In this document: piece by piece, positions 8,334-18,327 of the stretch
Numbering within the stretch: position 1 is the first letter of the stretch
Layout of the letters: every line of letters starts with the position of its first letter
Program-made: the position numbers and the translations under genes
IMG/VR virus record: IMGVR_UViG_2886410390_000001
Span: 1-64,000 of that record
DNA from: a virus
Taxonomy: Duplodnaviria; Caudoviricetes
Direction: 5' to 3' (one strand)
Length of the DNA stretch: 64,000 nt
Notes under the pieces: generated by a model
The model's database searches: none
Seen by the model: only the letters and a program-made list of their open reading frames with translations
What the model was told of the DNA's origin: nothing

Positions 8334-9601
8334 CGTCGTGCTCCAGCCGCGAGGACGCGGCTCTCACCGAGGACTCCGACGACGTGCCGCCCGGCCACGT
8401 GCGGCTGCGCTCCGGCCAGGTCGTCACCGCGGAGCTGGCCGCGCAGGTGCTGCCCGCCCCCCGGGGTGGCAAGGCCTCCCAGCGCGTCCGCGAGGAGCGC
8501 TCCGGCGAGCCTGAGGACGTCGCGGTGCGCTCATGCGCGTGTGCCCACGTGGAGGAGGTGCTCGCGGCCCTGGCCGAGGAGCGCGCGTCCCGGGTGCGCA
8601 TGGAGCAGTTGCTCCAGCAGACGTTGGAGATGCTCGCCCAGGCGCTGGAGTCCCGGCCCGCTGGCGTCCCGGCGCAGGTGCCGGTGTCCCCTCCTGCCGC
8701 GTCCCCTCCTGTCCCCTTCGCCGTCCCCCCGTCCCCTGGGGACGCAGGGGGGCATGTCCCCCGGGGACGAGGGGACATGAAGGGGGGTAGGGGGGAAGCA
8801 GCAACAGCGACGACGAAGTCGGAGCGGTTGCGAGAGAGAGACAGGCGCAAGAAGCAGAAGAAGAGAGCAAGACTGAAAGCAGAGAAAGAAGCTGCTGCTG
8901 AAGACGCGCGCGAGGCGTCTCCCGTCCCCCATCCCCCGTCCCCCGGGGACGCGTCCCCCTCCGTCCCCCCGGGGGACATGTCCCCTCCGGCCCGCGCGCC
9001 GGTACCGCCCGCTGTCCGCCGGAAGCGCGCGTGGATGGACGACTCGCCGCTGGGTCCGGAGAAGGCCTTCTTCGCGTGGTGCCAGGAGGCGCGCGTCGCC
9101 CGCTTCCCGGGGGCCGTCCACGAGGCGGCGCCTTCCGGCTGGGGCACCTGGTACGCGGAGGCGCTCGCCGCAGTGGGCGGCGACGAGGAGCGTCTTCGGG
9201 GGGCGTGGCTGGCATGGCTGGAGGACGCGTGGGGCCAGGGCCGTCGCCCTGTGTGCCCGGCGCGGGCCTTCATCGCACCGGAGGTATGGCGCCGGCACGT
9301 GCCCGGGCAGGATGTTCCCGCTGACGGGAGCCTACCGTCCGTGCCCGTCAGCGCCGCTGACGCCCGCCGCCGGGCCGCCCTCGCGGTGGGGCGGGGCGAG
9401 GAGCCGCCGCGCATCGCGTGCGCCACCGGGTGCGGCGGCATCAGCTGCACCGAGGCGTGGGGCCACGCCCTCTGCCCGCGATGCTGCGCGCGGGTGGAGG
9501 CGGAGGTCCGCACCTGGACTGGGGAGAACGTCAATGCGTGGGTGACGTCGCAACAGGCACCGCCGGCTATCCAGCCAGAAACCATGCTCACCGCTTCTTG
9601 A
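8330..9601 (+). CDS. Probable phage replication initiator
   Basis: Central Pro-rich linker with basic ERDRRKKQKKRAR, a folded C-terminal domain and an internal iteron-like array. Function is inferred from position and architecture. Confidence 0.6.
   Translation: MTSCSSREDAALTEDSDDVPPGHVRLRSGQVVTAELAAQVLPAPRGGKASQRVREERSGEPEDVAVRSCACAHVEEVLAALAEERASRVRMEQLLQQTLEMLAQALESRPAGVPAQVPVSPPAASPPVPFAVPPSPGDAGGHVPRGRGDMKGGRGEAATATTKSERLRERDRRKKQKKRARLKAEKEAAAEDAREASPVPHPPSPGDASPSVPPGDMSPPARAPVPPAVRRKRAWMDDSPLGPEKAFFAWCQEARVARFPGAVHEAAPSGWGTWYAEALAAVGGDEERLRGAWLAWLEDAWGQGRRPVCPARAFIAPEVWRRHVPGQDVPADGSLPSVPVSAADARRRAALAVGRGEEPPRIACATGCGGISCTEAWGHALCPRCCARVEAEVRTWTGENVNAWVTSQQAPPAIQPETMLTAS
8686..8985. 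repeat. GTCCCC/GGGGAC iteron-like array (putative replication origin)
   Basis: 11 GTCCCC and 5 GGGGAC in 300 bp; four palindromes at 8731, 8756, 8938 and 8963 flank an A/G-rich tract. Confidence 0.7.
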
Positions 9602-10901
9602 GTTGGTTTATGGCCTTGCGATCAAGTTCCACTTTTGTTCCACCTGGGAGTTCAATAGTCGCACCAGCAGAGGCGCCAAATATGGCAGAGGCGAGCTGAT
9701 CTGCAGGATGGAGTGGCTCGTCTCTCTTGACGTCAACGGCAACAAACAGGCCATCCGAAAGCCGATTGAGCAGCTCATTCGGGATCTCCGTCCCTTTCTC
9801 CTCCTTCCACTCCAGCGCCATCTCCACAACCCAACTTGCCCTGTCGAGGTCTAGATCGAATCGCTTCTGACGAAACTCCTCATCGGCGTGAGATTGGAAC
9901 CAGCGGTTATTCCAGCGAAGAAAGAATACGGAGGTGCTCGCAAAGGCGACCGCAAATGCCAGTTGTTTTGCAGTAGTGGTAATAAGATCAAGTGAAGAGG
10001 TCGGACTCCCCCCGGTAAGTTGTCGGAAACTAATATATGAATAGGCGACAACCCCTCCAAGAGAAATCAGAAGCAACGCAGACGTAAAAATAAGAACTGG
10101 AAGGCGAAGCCCGCGGGTGCCCTGCGTTAACTCAAATTTTTCACTTCTTTTGGCAAGCTCCTTCTTTAGATCCTGCCTAAGTTGCCTTCGAGCATGCGTA
10201 CTCTTGCTGTCGTCGACCTCTTTTAGTTTCTCACTAATAGCCGTCTCTTTCTCTGCGATGCTTGCCCTCTCTTTGGCAATTTCTTCATCGAGCAGCCGCC
10301 TGCGCTGAGCGTGCTCTTCCTGTAGTTGAGTCGCACGAGACTGGTACTCGCTTTCGAGTTGACTGCGTACATTTCGCGCGTCCTGGGTTAATTGGCTCGC
10401 TATGCGGTTGATGGTTGATTCAAGCTGTGAAATTGCGGCCTCGCGGAGTTCATAGTGGCGCTGAAGTTCAGGAGTGATTATTGACCTAAGCCCTTGTGCG
10501 GACAGAAAGTCCGTGGAGCGTAGGTTCTCGCGTAGGCGATGCACTAGGTTTGTAATCTGGATTTTTGTTGCCTGCGCCGGATTGGAACCATAGTTGCCCA
10601 GGTTCAAGGTAAGAGCGTCAGTCGGGCTGCCTGCCTGTCTGCTTATTGTGGCGTACAGGTTCTGGGCAAATGAGAATTGAAAACTTGAAATGGAGAATGC
10701 ATTTAGCGCGAGCGTTTCTGCCAGCTCGCCAGCGGGTGGGCTCCCGTCTCCAGGCATGCGTAGTGAACTGCCAAGCTCGGTTTGCATGCTTGCCTCGCGA
10801 AATGGCAGATCGCAAGCCCGCAGGGCGCTCAGTAGTCTGTTGATTAATTCCTGATCGGTGTGTTTTGATATTTGTATCGTGATATTCGGAAGATTGGACA
10901 T
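9588..10901 (-). CDS. Moron: coiled-coil plus two-TM membrane protein (437 aa)
   Basis: Lower GC, opposite strand; ATG at 10901; long heptad region, two hydrophobic helices, charged C-terminal domain. Confidence 0.82.
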   Translation of the reverse strand: MSNLPNITIQISKHTDQELINRLLSALRACDLPFREASMQTELGSSLRMPGDGSPPAGELAETLALNAFSISSFQFSFAQNLYATISRQAGSPTDALTLNLGNYGSNPAQATKIQITNLVHRLRENLRSTDFLSAQGLRSIITPELQRHYELREAAISQLESTINRIASQLTQDARNVRSQLESEYQSRATQLQEEHAQRRRLLDEEIAKERASIAEKETAISEKLKEVDDSKSTHARRQLRQDLKKELAKRSEKFELTQGTRGLRLPVLIFTSALLLISLGGVVAYSYISFRQLTGGSPTSSLDLITTTAKQLAFAVAFASTSVFFLRWNNRWFQSHADEEFRQKRFDLDLDRASWVVEMALEWKEEKGTEIPNELLNRLSDGLFVAVDVKRDEPLHPADQLASAIFGASAGATIELPGGTKVELDRKAINQLKKR

Positions 10902-11431
10902 GGCCCGCTCGGTCGGAAGTGTACTGGCGCACAGCCTACTGCGATGGTGCATGTTAAGGCGATGTTGGTTTCTGTGCTGCGAGCGACCGCAGCCATGCTT
11001 GACGTCAAGCGCCGAGTCCTCGCCGCCTCTTCTCCACAAATAGACGAGCCCGGCCGGGAAAGACGGCCGATCCCGCACAGGCCAGGGACACCGGGAAAGC
11101 GCCGCTGGGGCCGCCAGTATGGCGCCCCTGCGTCCGCGCGCAGGGATACGGAGCCTCGATGCCCTGCATACGCCCTCAACCTCTATTCTCCAGTGCTCCA
11201 CCGGCCGAGGTGCGCCTCGTCCTGACGTACCCGGCCAGCGACGGAGCGCGCTGAGCGTCCGTCTGTGAGACCGGGGGCGACATGCCCTCCACATCAACTT
11301 GAAGGGCAGTCGGAGTGGCTCCCCGCCGAAGAGTGGAACGTCACCGTGCTTCATGCCATCAGCGCATGCTGCGCTGGCGCGTCGGTGCAGTGGCGCGCTC
11401 GGCTCACGCTTGAGCTGCATGGAGGTGCATC

Positions 11432-11779
11432 GTGACAGCCTGTGCCACCCGGACCTACGGCCAGCCCCGCTTCATCCGCCGCCTGCGCGAATCGGTGGCG
11501 GCGGGGCGGTGTGTGTACTGCAAGGGCCCGCTCAGCCCGCGCCAGCGCTTCGTGTGCGGGAAGAAGGAGTGCCGTGCTGCGTACGGAGCGGACTACCGGC
11601 GTGAGACTGAGGGCCACGGCGTGGTCGGGTGGCACGAGGACAGCCGCGCGACCGTCGTCGAGGCTGAGCTGGTAGCGGAGCTGCGCGCGAGCACCGCCCG
11701 CCTGGCCGTCCAGCTCGACGGCTTCCGGGCCCGCGTCCTCGAGTTCTGCGCACAGGTGTCCTCGGGAGGTGCTCGATGA
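11432..11779 (+). CDS. Hypothetical Zn-ribbon protein
   Basis: CVYC...CGKKEC; ATGA overlap downstream. Confidence 0.65.
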   Translation: MTACATRTYGQPRFIRRLRESVAAGRCVYCKGPLSPRQRFVCGKKECRAAYGADYRRETEGHGVVGWHEDSRATVVEAELVAELRASTARLAVQLDGFRARVLEFCAQVSSGGAR

Positions 11780-12333
11780 GCTGCCGACGAGACGCAGACG
11801 TCCGCCCTGGGCTGGTGGCCCGCCTGCGCGCTGCTCACCCTGGGTCGCAGGTGCTAGAGGAGATGGGACTCCATCACGGGCATGTGCGCGTGGACGTGGC
11901 CGTCATCTCGGCGGACTGCCTGCACGGGTACGAGGTGAAGGCGGACGCGGACACGCTGAAGCGCCTGCCTGTCCAGGTGTGGCGCTACGGTGAGGTGATG
12001 GACCGGTGCACGCTGGTCGTGGGCCTGCGGCACCTGGACGCGGCGCTGCCGCTGCTGCCCGCCTGGTGGGGCATCGTCATCGCCAGCCGGGACGGCTTCC
12101 ATGCAGCCCGGCCCGCTCTCCCCAACCCAGACCCCTGCGCCCACAACACCTGTCGCCTGCTCTGGCGCGAGGAGTCGCTGGCGTTGCTGGACGAGGTTGG
12201 CGCCGCGCGGGGAGTTCGCGGCAAGGCGAAGAACACGCTCTACAGGCGGCTGGTGGAAGTGGTGCCCGCCGCCGAACTGCGCGCCCACGTGCGCCGGCTG
12301 GTGGTGGCCCGGGGCGACTGGAGGCAGCCATGA
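11776..12333 (+). CDS. sce7726-family / MmcB-like PD-(D/E)xK protein
   Basis: EE...RVDVAVI...HGYEVKADADTLKRLPVQ...Y. Confidence 0.82.
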   Translation: MSCRRDADVRPGLVARLRAAHPGSQVLEEMGLHHGHVRVDVAVISADCLHGYEVKADADTLKRLPVQVWRYGEVMDRCTLVVGLRHLDAALPLLPAWWGIVIASRDGFHAARPALPNPDPCAHNTCRLLWREESLALLDEVGAARGVRGKAKNTLYRRLVEVVPAAELRAHVRRLVVARGDWRQP

Positions 12334-12860
12334 CGTGCTCCCGCATCACCTTCGAGGTACCGGTGGTGACGAAGAACCCCACCAACCAGCGCGAGCACCC
12401 CATGGCCCGGCACCGCCGCGCGCAGGGGCAGCGCGACACCACGGGGCTGCTCTGGCCCGGGTGGATGGGGCCGGCCCTCCTGGTGGTCCGCCTCACCCGC
12501 GTCGCGCCCCGTCGGCTGGATCGGGACGACAACCTCCCGTCGGCGCTGAAGTCCGTCCGCGACGAGGTGGCCCGGCAGCTCCGCGTGGACGACGCCTCGC
12601 CTCTCGTCCGGTGGGTGTACGCGCAGCTGCAGGGCGAGCCCCGCGTGCTGGTGGAACTGGCCTGGGGGGACGACGAACTCGCCGTGGCCGTCCGAGCCCA
12701 GGATGCTCTGGCACCGCCTCCGCCACCCGCCCCGCTGGAGCCCCGTGCCGCGCGTCCGACCCGGCCGCGTGCTGCGAAGAAGGCCCCGCAGACTGGCGGG
12801 CTTCCTCGCTCGCTCGCGGACTTGGTGAAGCCTGCCTTCCGGAAGGGCGGTGTGCCATGA
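12330..12860 (+). CDS. RusA-like Holliday junction resolvase
   Basis: LDRDDNLPSALKSVRDEVARQLRVDD; typical position after replication genes. Confidence 0.7.
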   Translation: MTCSRITFEVPVVTKNPTNQREHPMARHRRAQGQRDTTGLLWPGWMGPALLVVRLTRVAPRRLDRDDNLPSALKSVRDEVARQLRVDDASPLVRWVYAQLQGEPRVLVELAWGDDELAVAVRAQDALAPPPPPAPLEPRAARPTRPRAAKKAPQTGGLPRSLADLVKPAFRKGGVP

Positions 12861-13213
12861 CCTCCTGTGCGGGTCAGCCACTGTGCTCGGAGGGCTGCGG
12901 CCGTCCCGCGGCACCACGGCACAAGCGGTGCTGGGGCCACCTCAAACGCGTGACGCGTAAGCAATCCCTAGAGACGCCCCTCGCCGAGGCGTACTCCTCC
13001 CCGTGGGAACGCCTGACGGCTGCTGCCCTGGCGTACGCGGATGCGGATGACGGGGATGATGAGTCCTTCGCGCGGGCAAGGGACAGGCTGCGCAAAGCAG
13101 CTGTGGCCTACGGGCGAGCGCTGCTCCTGCGCCCCGAGTTGGCGCCCGCGCCCCGGGCCCGGAAAGACCGCTCAGGAGCGCAGCTCGAGTTCTGGCCAGA
13201 GGTGTGCCCATAG
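12857..13213 (+). CDS. Hypothetical protein with N-terminal Cys/His cluster
   Basis: CSEGC...CWGH; ATGA overlap. Confidence 0.6.
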   Translation: MTSCAGQPLCSEGCGRPAAPRHKRCWGHLKRVTRKQSLETPLAEAYSSPWERLTAAALAYADADDGDDESFARARDRLRKAAVAYGRALLLRPELAPAPRARKDRSGAQLEFWPEVCP

Positions 13214-13432
13214 GCGACAAGTCAGGCAGAGCATCGACTTGCGAGGGCGAAGAGCGGGCGCTACGGTTATTTCAGCGCGTCCACCCACGCGTAACCCCAG
13301 ACGGCCATCCCATGCGTGGCCATTGCTTGCGGGGCAAAGGGGAGTCTTCTTCTCGGGCTGGGTATTGCGGTGCCTCCTGCGCTGTGAGCGAGGAGCATGG
13401 GTCCGTCGCGCACAGCGTCAAGGACGGCGACC

Positions 13433-14212
13433 ATGACCAAGAAGAAGGACCTCAAGGACCGGATTCGCGCCCACATGGCGAAGACCGGCAAGTTGTATGC
13501 CGCTGCAAGAGCGGATGTTCTGGCCGCGGGGCTCCCCTCGCCCGAGAAGAAGGCTCTGGGCCAGCAGTCGGGTCTTTCAGGCGAATTCAAGGCAGAGCCA
13601 CACGATGAGAGGGTCTGTCGTGGATGCGGGGGCGTTCTCTCCCGCCGAAAGGATGGGGCTCCAGCGAGGCTTCAGGACCTGGTTGGCGACTTCGAAGAGA
13701 TTGCGGAGTCGCTCATTCACGGGACCGTTAACCACGCATGGCACGGTGATGCTGCTGGATGCGAACCGTGGATGATGCGTGCCGCCACGATTGCATGGCG
13801 TGACATCAGCGCCTTCGGATGCCAAGTCGAACGGCGTGGCGCACAGTTTTTCGCATCACGGATTCCGAACAGAGGGGCTCCTGTAACGTGCACCATCTGC
13901 GGTCGGACCGGTCCGACGCCCGGTGGCACGGAGCGGGATGGGGAGAACATTGCCGATGACCTCTCTCAGGTCATCACCATGCTCGTGAACGGGGTCGTCA
14001 AGTACGCCCGCCAAGGACAGGCCGCGAGCGCGGAGAACATGATGGGACAGGCGCTCCGCCAGCTCCATCATTCCTTCGTTGCGTTGGGTACGTCGTCGCG
14101 CCTGAAGCACCACCCGGTTTACCTCTCGGTCGTTGAGGAATGGGAGTGGGAACCCCCATTCAAGCGTCCCTCTGAGCCCGAAGACGACGACGCCAATGAG
14201 GCGCTGGATTGA
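13433..14212 (+). CDS. Hypothetical protein (moron-like) with two CxxC motifs
   Basis: N-terminal KDRIRAHMAKTGKLYAAAR; CRGC and CTIC; lower GC than flanks. Confidence 0.65.
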   Translation: MTKKKDLKDRIRAHMAKTGKLYAAARADVLAAGLPSPEKKALGQQSGLSGEFKAEPHDERVCRGCGGVLSRRKDGAPARLQDLVGDFEEIAESLIHGTVNHAWHGDAAGCEPWMMRAATIAWRDISAFGCQVERRGAQFFASRIPNRGAPVTCTICGRTGPTPGGTERDGENIADDLSQVITMLVNGVVKYARQGQAASAENMMGQALRQLHHSFVALGTSSRLKHHPVYLSVVEEWEWEPPFKRPSEPEDDDANEALD

Positions 14213-14301
14213 GTCTCTAGGGGCGCCGGTAAAAGTCCAAAGCGACTGGGAGGGGCCAGCCCCTCCGGACGCTGTCCACGCTGCCCGGGAGACTGGGCGC
14301 C

Positions 14302-14883
14302 GTGGCACGCGAGCGCACTAGGAAGCCCAGCCCCAGCTCTGACCGGACGGAACCGGCTGAGCCGGCGCGTGGGCTGACGCCGAAGCAGGCGGCCTTCGTC
14401 CGCGAGTACCTGGTCGACTCCAACGGGAAGCAGGCCGCCATCCGCGCGGGCTACACGGAGCTCTCCGCCGAGGTGACGGCCTCGAAGTTGCTAAGGAATC
14501 CCAAGGTCCGAGAGTCCGTCGAGGCTGGAAAGGCGGTGGTTGCGGAGCGGGCCGAAGTCGAGGCCGTGGAGGTGCTCCGCGAGCTGAAGCGCATCGGCTT
14601 CTCGGACCCGGGCCGGGTGCTCGACGCGGACGGCGCCCTCCTGCCGCTCCACAAGATGCCGGAGGACATCCGCCGGGCCATCGCCTCGGTGGAGGTGGAG
14701 GATCTCTTCGCGGGCAAGGGCGAGGAGCGCGTCCAGGTGGGCACCCTCACCAAGGTGAAGTTCTGGGACAAGCCGAAGTCTCTGGAACTGCTCGGCAAGT
14801 ACCTGAAGCTCTTCACCGACAAGGTGGAGCTGGGCGGCGAGCTGAAGCTCACCCATGAGGACGCGCTAGGGGCCCTGGAATGA
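14302..14883 (+). CDS. terS: Terminase small subunit
   Basis: LTPKQAAFVREYLVDSNGKQAAIRAGY...ASKLL, K.KFWDK.KSLELLGKYL. Confidence 0.93.
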   Translation: MARERTRKPSPSSDRTEPAEPARGLTPKQAAFVREYLVDSNGKQAAIRAGYTELSAEVTASKLLRNPKVRESVEAGKAVVAERAEVEAVEVLRELKRIGFSDPGRVLDADGALLPLHKMPEDIRRAIASVEVEDLFAGKGEERVQVGTLTKVKFWDKPKSLELLGKYLKLFTDKVELGGELKLTHEDALGALE

Positions 14884-16457
14884 GCGCCGCCCGTCAGTCC
14901 CGTCCAGGTGGAGTGCGTGCACGCCTGGCCCCGCGCCCTGCGGGTGCCCGTGTCGCGAAAGCCTTGAGCCCGCGCGAGAAGGCCATCCGCCAGCGGCTGA
15001 AGGACGACTTCCCGCACTACGCCTCGCGCTGCCTGCGCATCCGCCCGAAGGAGGTGACGGGCGGGGAGCTGCCGCACCTGCAGCTCAACCGCGCCCAGGC
15101 CTTCATCCACGAGCGGCTGGAGGCGCAGCTGAAGCGCACCGGGCGGGTGCGCGCCATCGTCCTCAAGGGACGGCAGCAGGGGTGCAGCACGTACGTGGAG
15201 GCGCGCTTCTACTGGAAGGTGTCCCACCGCAAGGGCGTGCGTGCCTTCATCCTCACGCACGAGGACCCGGCCACCGCCAACCTCTTCGAGATGGCGAAGC
15301 GGTACCACGACAACTGCCCGGAGCTGGTGCGGCCCTCCATTGGCGCGTCCAACGCGAAGGAGCTCGTCTTCGACAGGCTGTCCTCCGGGTACAAGGTGGG
15401 CACCGCGGGCAGCAAGGGGACGGGGCGCTCCTCGACGATTCAGTACTTCCACGGCAGCGAGGTGGCCTTCTGGCCCAACGCCTCCACCCACATGCGCGGC
15501 GTGCTGGAGGCGGTGCCGAATGCGCCGGGGACGGAAGTCATTCTGGAGTCCACCAGCGACGGGCCCCAGGGCCTCTTCCACCGCCTGTGCAAGGCGGCGC
15601 AGGAGGGCGCCAGCGAGTACGAGCTGATTTTCGTCCCCTGGTTCTGGCAGCCCGAGTACCGGCTGCCGGTGTCGGAGGGCTTCCAGCGCACCTCGGAGGA
15701 GGACAGGTACGCCACCCTCTGCCGTGAGGCGCACGGCTACGCGCTGGAGGACGAGCAACTGGCCTGGCGCCGCTCGAAGATTGCGGCCTTCGAGAAGGGC
15801 GTCCACGACTTCCGGCGCGAGTACCCGGCGACGGTGGAGGAGGCCTTCAAAGCCGCAGCGGTGGGCGCCCTCTGGACGCAGGAGTTGCTGGACAACGCCC
15901 GGGTGCCCGAGCTGCCGAAGGACGCGGAAGGGCGCCCGCTGCCCATGGTGCGCGTGGTGGTGGCGGTGGACCCGGCTGGCGGGGACGGCCCTAGCAACGA
16001 CGAGGTGGGCCTCGTCTGCGCGGGGAAGGCCACCAACGGCCACGCGTACGTGTGGCGCGACGACTCCGGGAAGTACTCCGCGGAGGGGTGGGCCACGAAG
16101 GTACTGGCCGTCTACGAGAAGGAGAGCGCGGACGCGGTGGTGGGGGAGAAGAACTTCGGCGGCGACATGGTGGAAACCACCCTGCGAAGCAAGGCGCGCG
16201 AGGCGAAGAAGCACGTGCGCGTGAAGGTGGTGACGGCCTCGCGCGGCAAGGCGAAGCGCGCGGAGCCGGTGGCCGCCCTCTACGAGCGCGGGCAGGCGCA
16301 CCACGTGGGCCGCCTCATTGCCCTGGAGGACGAGCAGACAACGTGGGTACCGGGCGAGTCCACCTGGAGCCCCAACCGCATGGACGCCGCGGTGTGGGCG
16401 CTGACGGAGCTGATGCTGGGCGGCCCAGACACCTTCCAGGTGGGGAGCTACCGGTGA
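14880..16457 (+). CDS. terL: Terminase large subunit
   Basis: LKGRQQGCST, HGSEVAFW, ILESTS; nuclease domain VAVDPAG, EKNFGGDMV, NRMDAAVW. Confidence 0.95.
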   Translation: MSAARQSRPGGVRARLAPRPAGARVAKALSPREKAIRQRLKDDFPHYASRCLRIRPKEVTGGELPHLQLNRAQAFIHERLEAQLKRTGRVRAIVLKGRQQGCSTYVEARFYWKVSHRKGVRAFILTHEDPATANLFEMAKRYHDNCPELVRPSIGASNAKELVFDRLSSGYKVGTAGSKGTGRSSTIQYFHGSEVAFWPNASTHMRGVLEAVPNAPGTEVILESTSDGPQGLFHRLCKAAQEGASEYELIFVPWFWQPEYRLPVSEGFQRTSEEDRYATLCREAHGYALEDEQLAWRRSKIAAFEKGVHDFRREYPATVEEAFKAAAVGALWTQELLDNARVPELPKDAEGRPLPMVRVVVAVDPAGGDGPSNDEVGLVCAGKATNGHAYVWRDDSGKYSAEGWATKVLAVYEKESADAVVGEKNFGGDMVETTLRSKAREAKKHVRVKVVTASRGKAKRAEPVAALYERGQAHHVGRLIALEDEQTTWVPGESTWSPNRMDAAVWALTELMLGGPDTFQVGSYR

Positions 16458-17917
16458 GTGCCGACGTCAACACGCCCAGCAGCACCTACCGGGACATGCT
16501 TCCCGACTGGGAGTTGGTGCTGGCCCTCCTGGGCGGCACCCGCGCCATGCGCGCGGCCGGCCGCAAGTACCTGCCGCAGTACGCCCGCGAGGAGGACGCG
16601 GCCTACCGGGAGCGCCTCAACCGCACCGTCCTCTTCAACTACTTCGCCAAGGTGCTCTCCTTCCTGGCGACGCGGCCCTTCTCAAAGCCGGTGCGCCTGG
16701 GCGAGTCCGCGCCGGAGGAGCTGAAGGCGCTGGCGGAAGACGTGGACAGGCTGGGCAGTGACGTCACCTCCTGGGCGCGCGCCGTCTTCAAGGACGGCCT
16801 GGCCAAGGGACTCACCCACGTCCTGGTGGATTTCCCCGCGGTGGACCCGGAGGCCGTCCGGACGCTGGAGGACGAGAAGCGCGCGGGCCTGCGCCCGTAC
16901 TTCGTCCACGTGCCCGCCGAGGCCCTCATTGCCGCCTACGTCGAGGTGGTGGACGGCGAGGAGCGCCTCACCCACGCGCGCATTCGGGAGTCCGAGGTGC
17001 GGCGCGAGGGCTTCGAGGAGGTGAAGGTGGAGCGCGTCCGCGTCCTCGAGCCCGACTCCTGGGCCGTGTACGAGCGCTCCGGCACCAGCGAGTGGGCGCA
17101 GGTGGGCGGCGGGCCCAACAAGCTGGGCTTCATCCCCCTCGTCACCTGGTACGCGCACCGCGAGGGCTTCCAGCTCGCCAAGCCCCCGCTGCTCGACTTG
17201 GCGCACAAGAATGTCGAGCACTGGCAGTCGTCCAGCGACCAGCGCAACGTCCTCACGGTGGCGCGCTTCCCCATGCTGGCCGCCTCGGGCGTGGCCCCTC
17301 CGCCGGGGAGCGGGGAGGACGGAGGGCAGGGCGGCGGCCTCAAGGTGGGCCCGCACTCGCTGCTCACCACCGAGTCGCCGCAGGGGAAGTTCTACTACGT
17401 GGAGCACTCCGGGGCGGCCATTGAAGCGGGCCGGAAGGACTTGGAGGACTTGAAGGAGGAGATGGCCGCGCTCGGCGTGGAGCTGCTCGTCCGCAAGTCG
17501 GGCAGCTCCACCGCTACCGAGAAGTCCATCAACACCGCGCAGAGCCACTCCGAGCTGCAGGCCCTGGCCGAGTCCTTCGGCGACGCCCTGGAGCTGGCCT
17601 TCCACTTCGCGGCCCGGTGGCTGGGGCTGGAGGTGGAGGACGGGGCGCTGAAGGTGGAGGTGCACACCGACTTCGGCCTGTCCGAGGGCGACGCGCAGGG
17701 GCTGGACGTCCTCTTCAAGGCGCGCGCGGCCCGGGAGATTTCGCGGCAGGCCTTCCTCACCGAGTTGAAGCGCCGCGGCGTCCTCGCGCCGGACTTCAAC
17801 GCCGAGGTGGACGCGGACCTTCTCCAGGCCGAGGGGCCCGCGCTGGGCACCCTGCGCCCGGCACCTGCCCCGGGCACGTCCGCCGGACAGCAGCCGTCTC
17901 CAGGAGGTGCGTCATGA
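16454..17917 (+). CDS. Portal protein (DUF4055 type)
   Basis: LLGGTRAMRAAGRKYLP, Y..RL.R, FIPLV, PPLLDLA.KN.EHWQSSSD; follows terL. Confidence 0.9.
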   Translation: MSADVNTPSSTYRDMLPDWELVLALLGGTRAMRAAGRKYLPQYAREEDAAYRERLNRTVLFNYFAKVLSFLATRPFSKPVRLGESAPEELKALAEDVDRLGSDVTSWARAVFKDGLAKGLTHVLVDFPAVDPEAVRTLEDEKRAGLRPYFVHVPAEALIAAYVEVVDGEERLTHARIRESEVRREGFEEVKVERVRVLEPDSWAVYERSGTSEWAQVGGGPNKLGFIPLVTWYAHREGFQLAKPPLLDLAHKNVEHWQSSSDQRNVLTVARFPMLAASGVAPPPGSGEDGGQGGGLKVGPHSLLTTESPQGKFYYVEHSGAAIEAGRKDLEDLKEEMAALGVELLVRKSGSSTATEKSINTAQSHSELQALAESFGDALELAFHFAARWLGLEVEDGALKVEVHTDFGLSEGDAQGLDVLFKARAAREISRQAFLTELKRRGVLAPDFNAEVDADLLQAEGPALGTLRPAPAPGTSAGQQPSPGGAS

Positions 17918-18327
17918 CGGGGGCCCTCGTGGTGGCCGTGCTCGCGGCCCTGGTGTGTGCTGCCGGGTGGTGGCGGGCGCACAGGCGCTGGAAGGCGTCG
18001 CCGGAGCGCCCGGACAGGCAGGGCACGGTGGTGCCGGAAGACACCGCACCGGCTGCCGGCGAGCTGGCGCTGCCCGAGCAGGTGAGCGCCCTGGAGCCCT
18101 GGCAGGTGGTGGAGTTCGAGCACTTCGTCGGTGTCCGCCACGCCAACGGCGCCTGGACGCACGTCATCCTCAAGCCCACGGGCGAGACGCTGGACGTCGA
18201 AGCCGCGGGCAAGCGCGTGCAGCTCCACGGCAACGGCATCGAGTTCCTGCCCCCGGCGCCCGGGCCGGCGGCCGTCATCCCCGTCCGCCCGCGTGGGCCG
18301 GACGACTCGCCCCCGGGAGGTGCGTAG
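17914..18327 (+). CDS. Hypothetical protein with N-terminal TM helix
   Basis: ATGA overlap; hydrophobic N-terminus. Confidence 0.6.
   Translation: MTGALVVAVLAALVCAAGWWRAHRRWKASPERPDRQGTVVPEDTAPAAGELALPEQVSALEPWQVVEFEHFVGVRHANGAWTHVILKPTGETLDVEAAGKRVQLHGNGIEFLPPAPGPAAVIPVRPRGPDDSPPGGA

Noticed and set aside
10902-11420. 5' extension of the 9588-11420 ORF, and similar extensions of 42371-44305 and 33091-34884
   Set aside because: The extensions are Arg/Pro-rich and lie outside the compositional block; internal ATGs are better starts.
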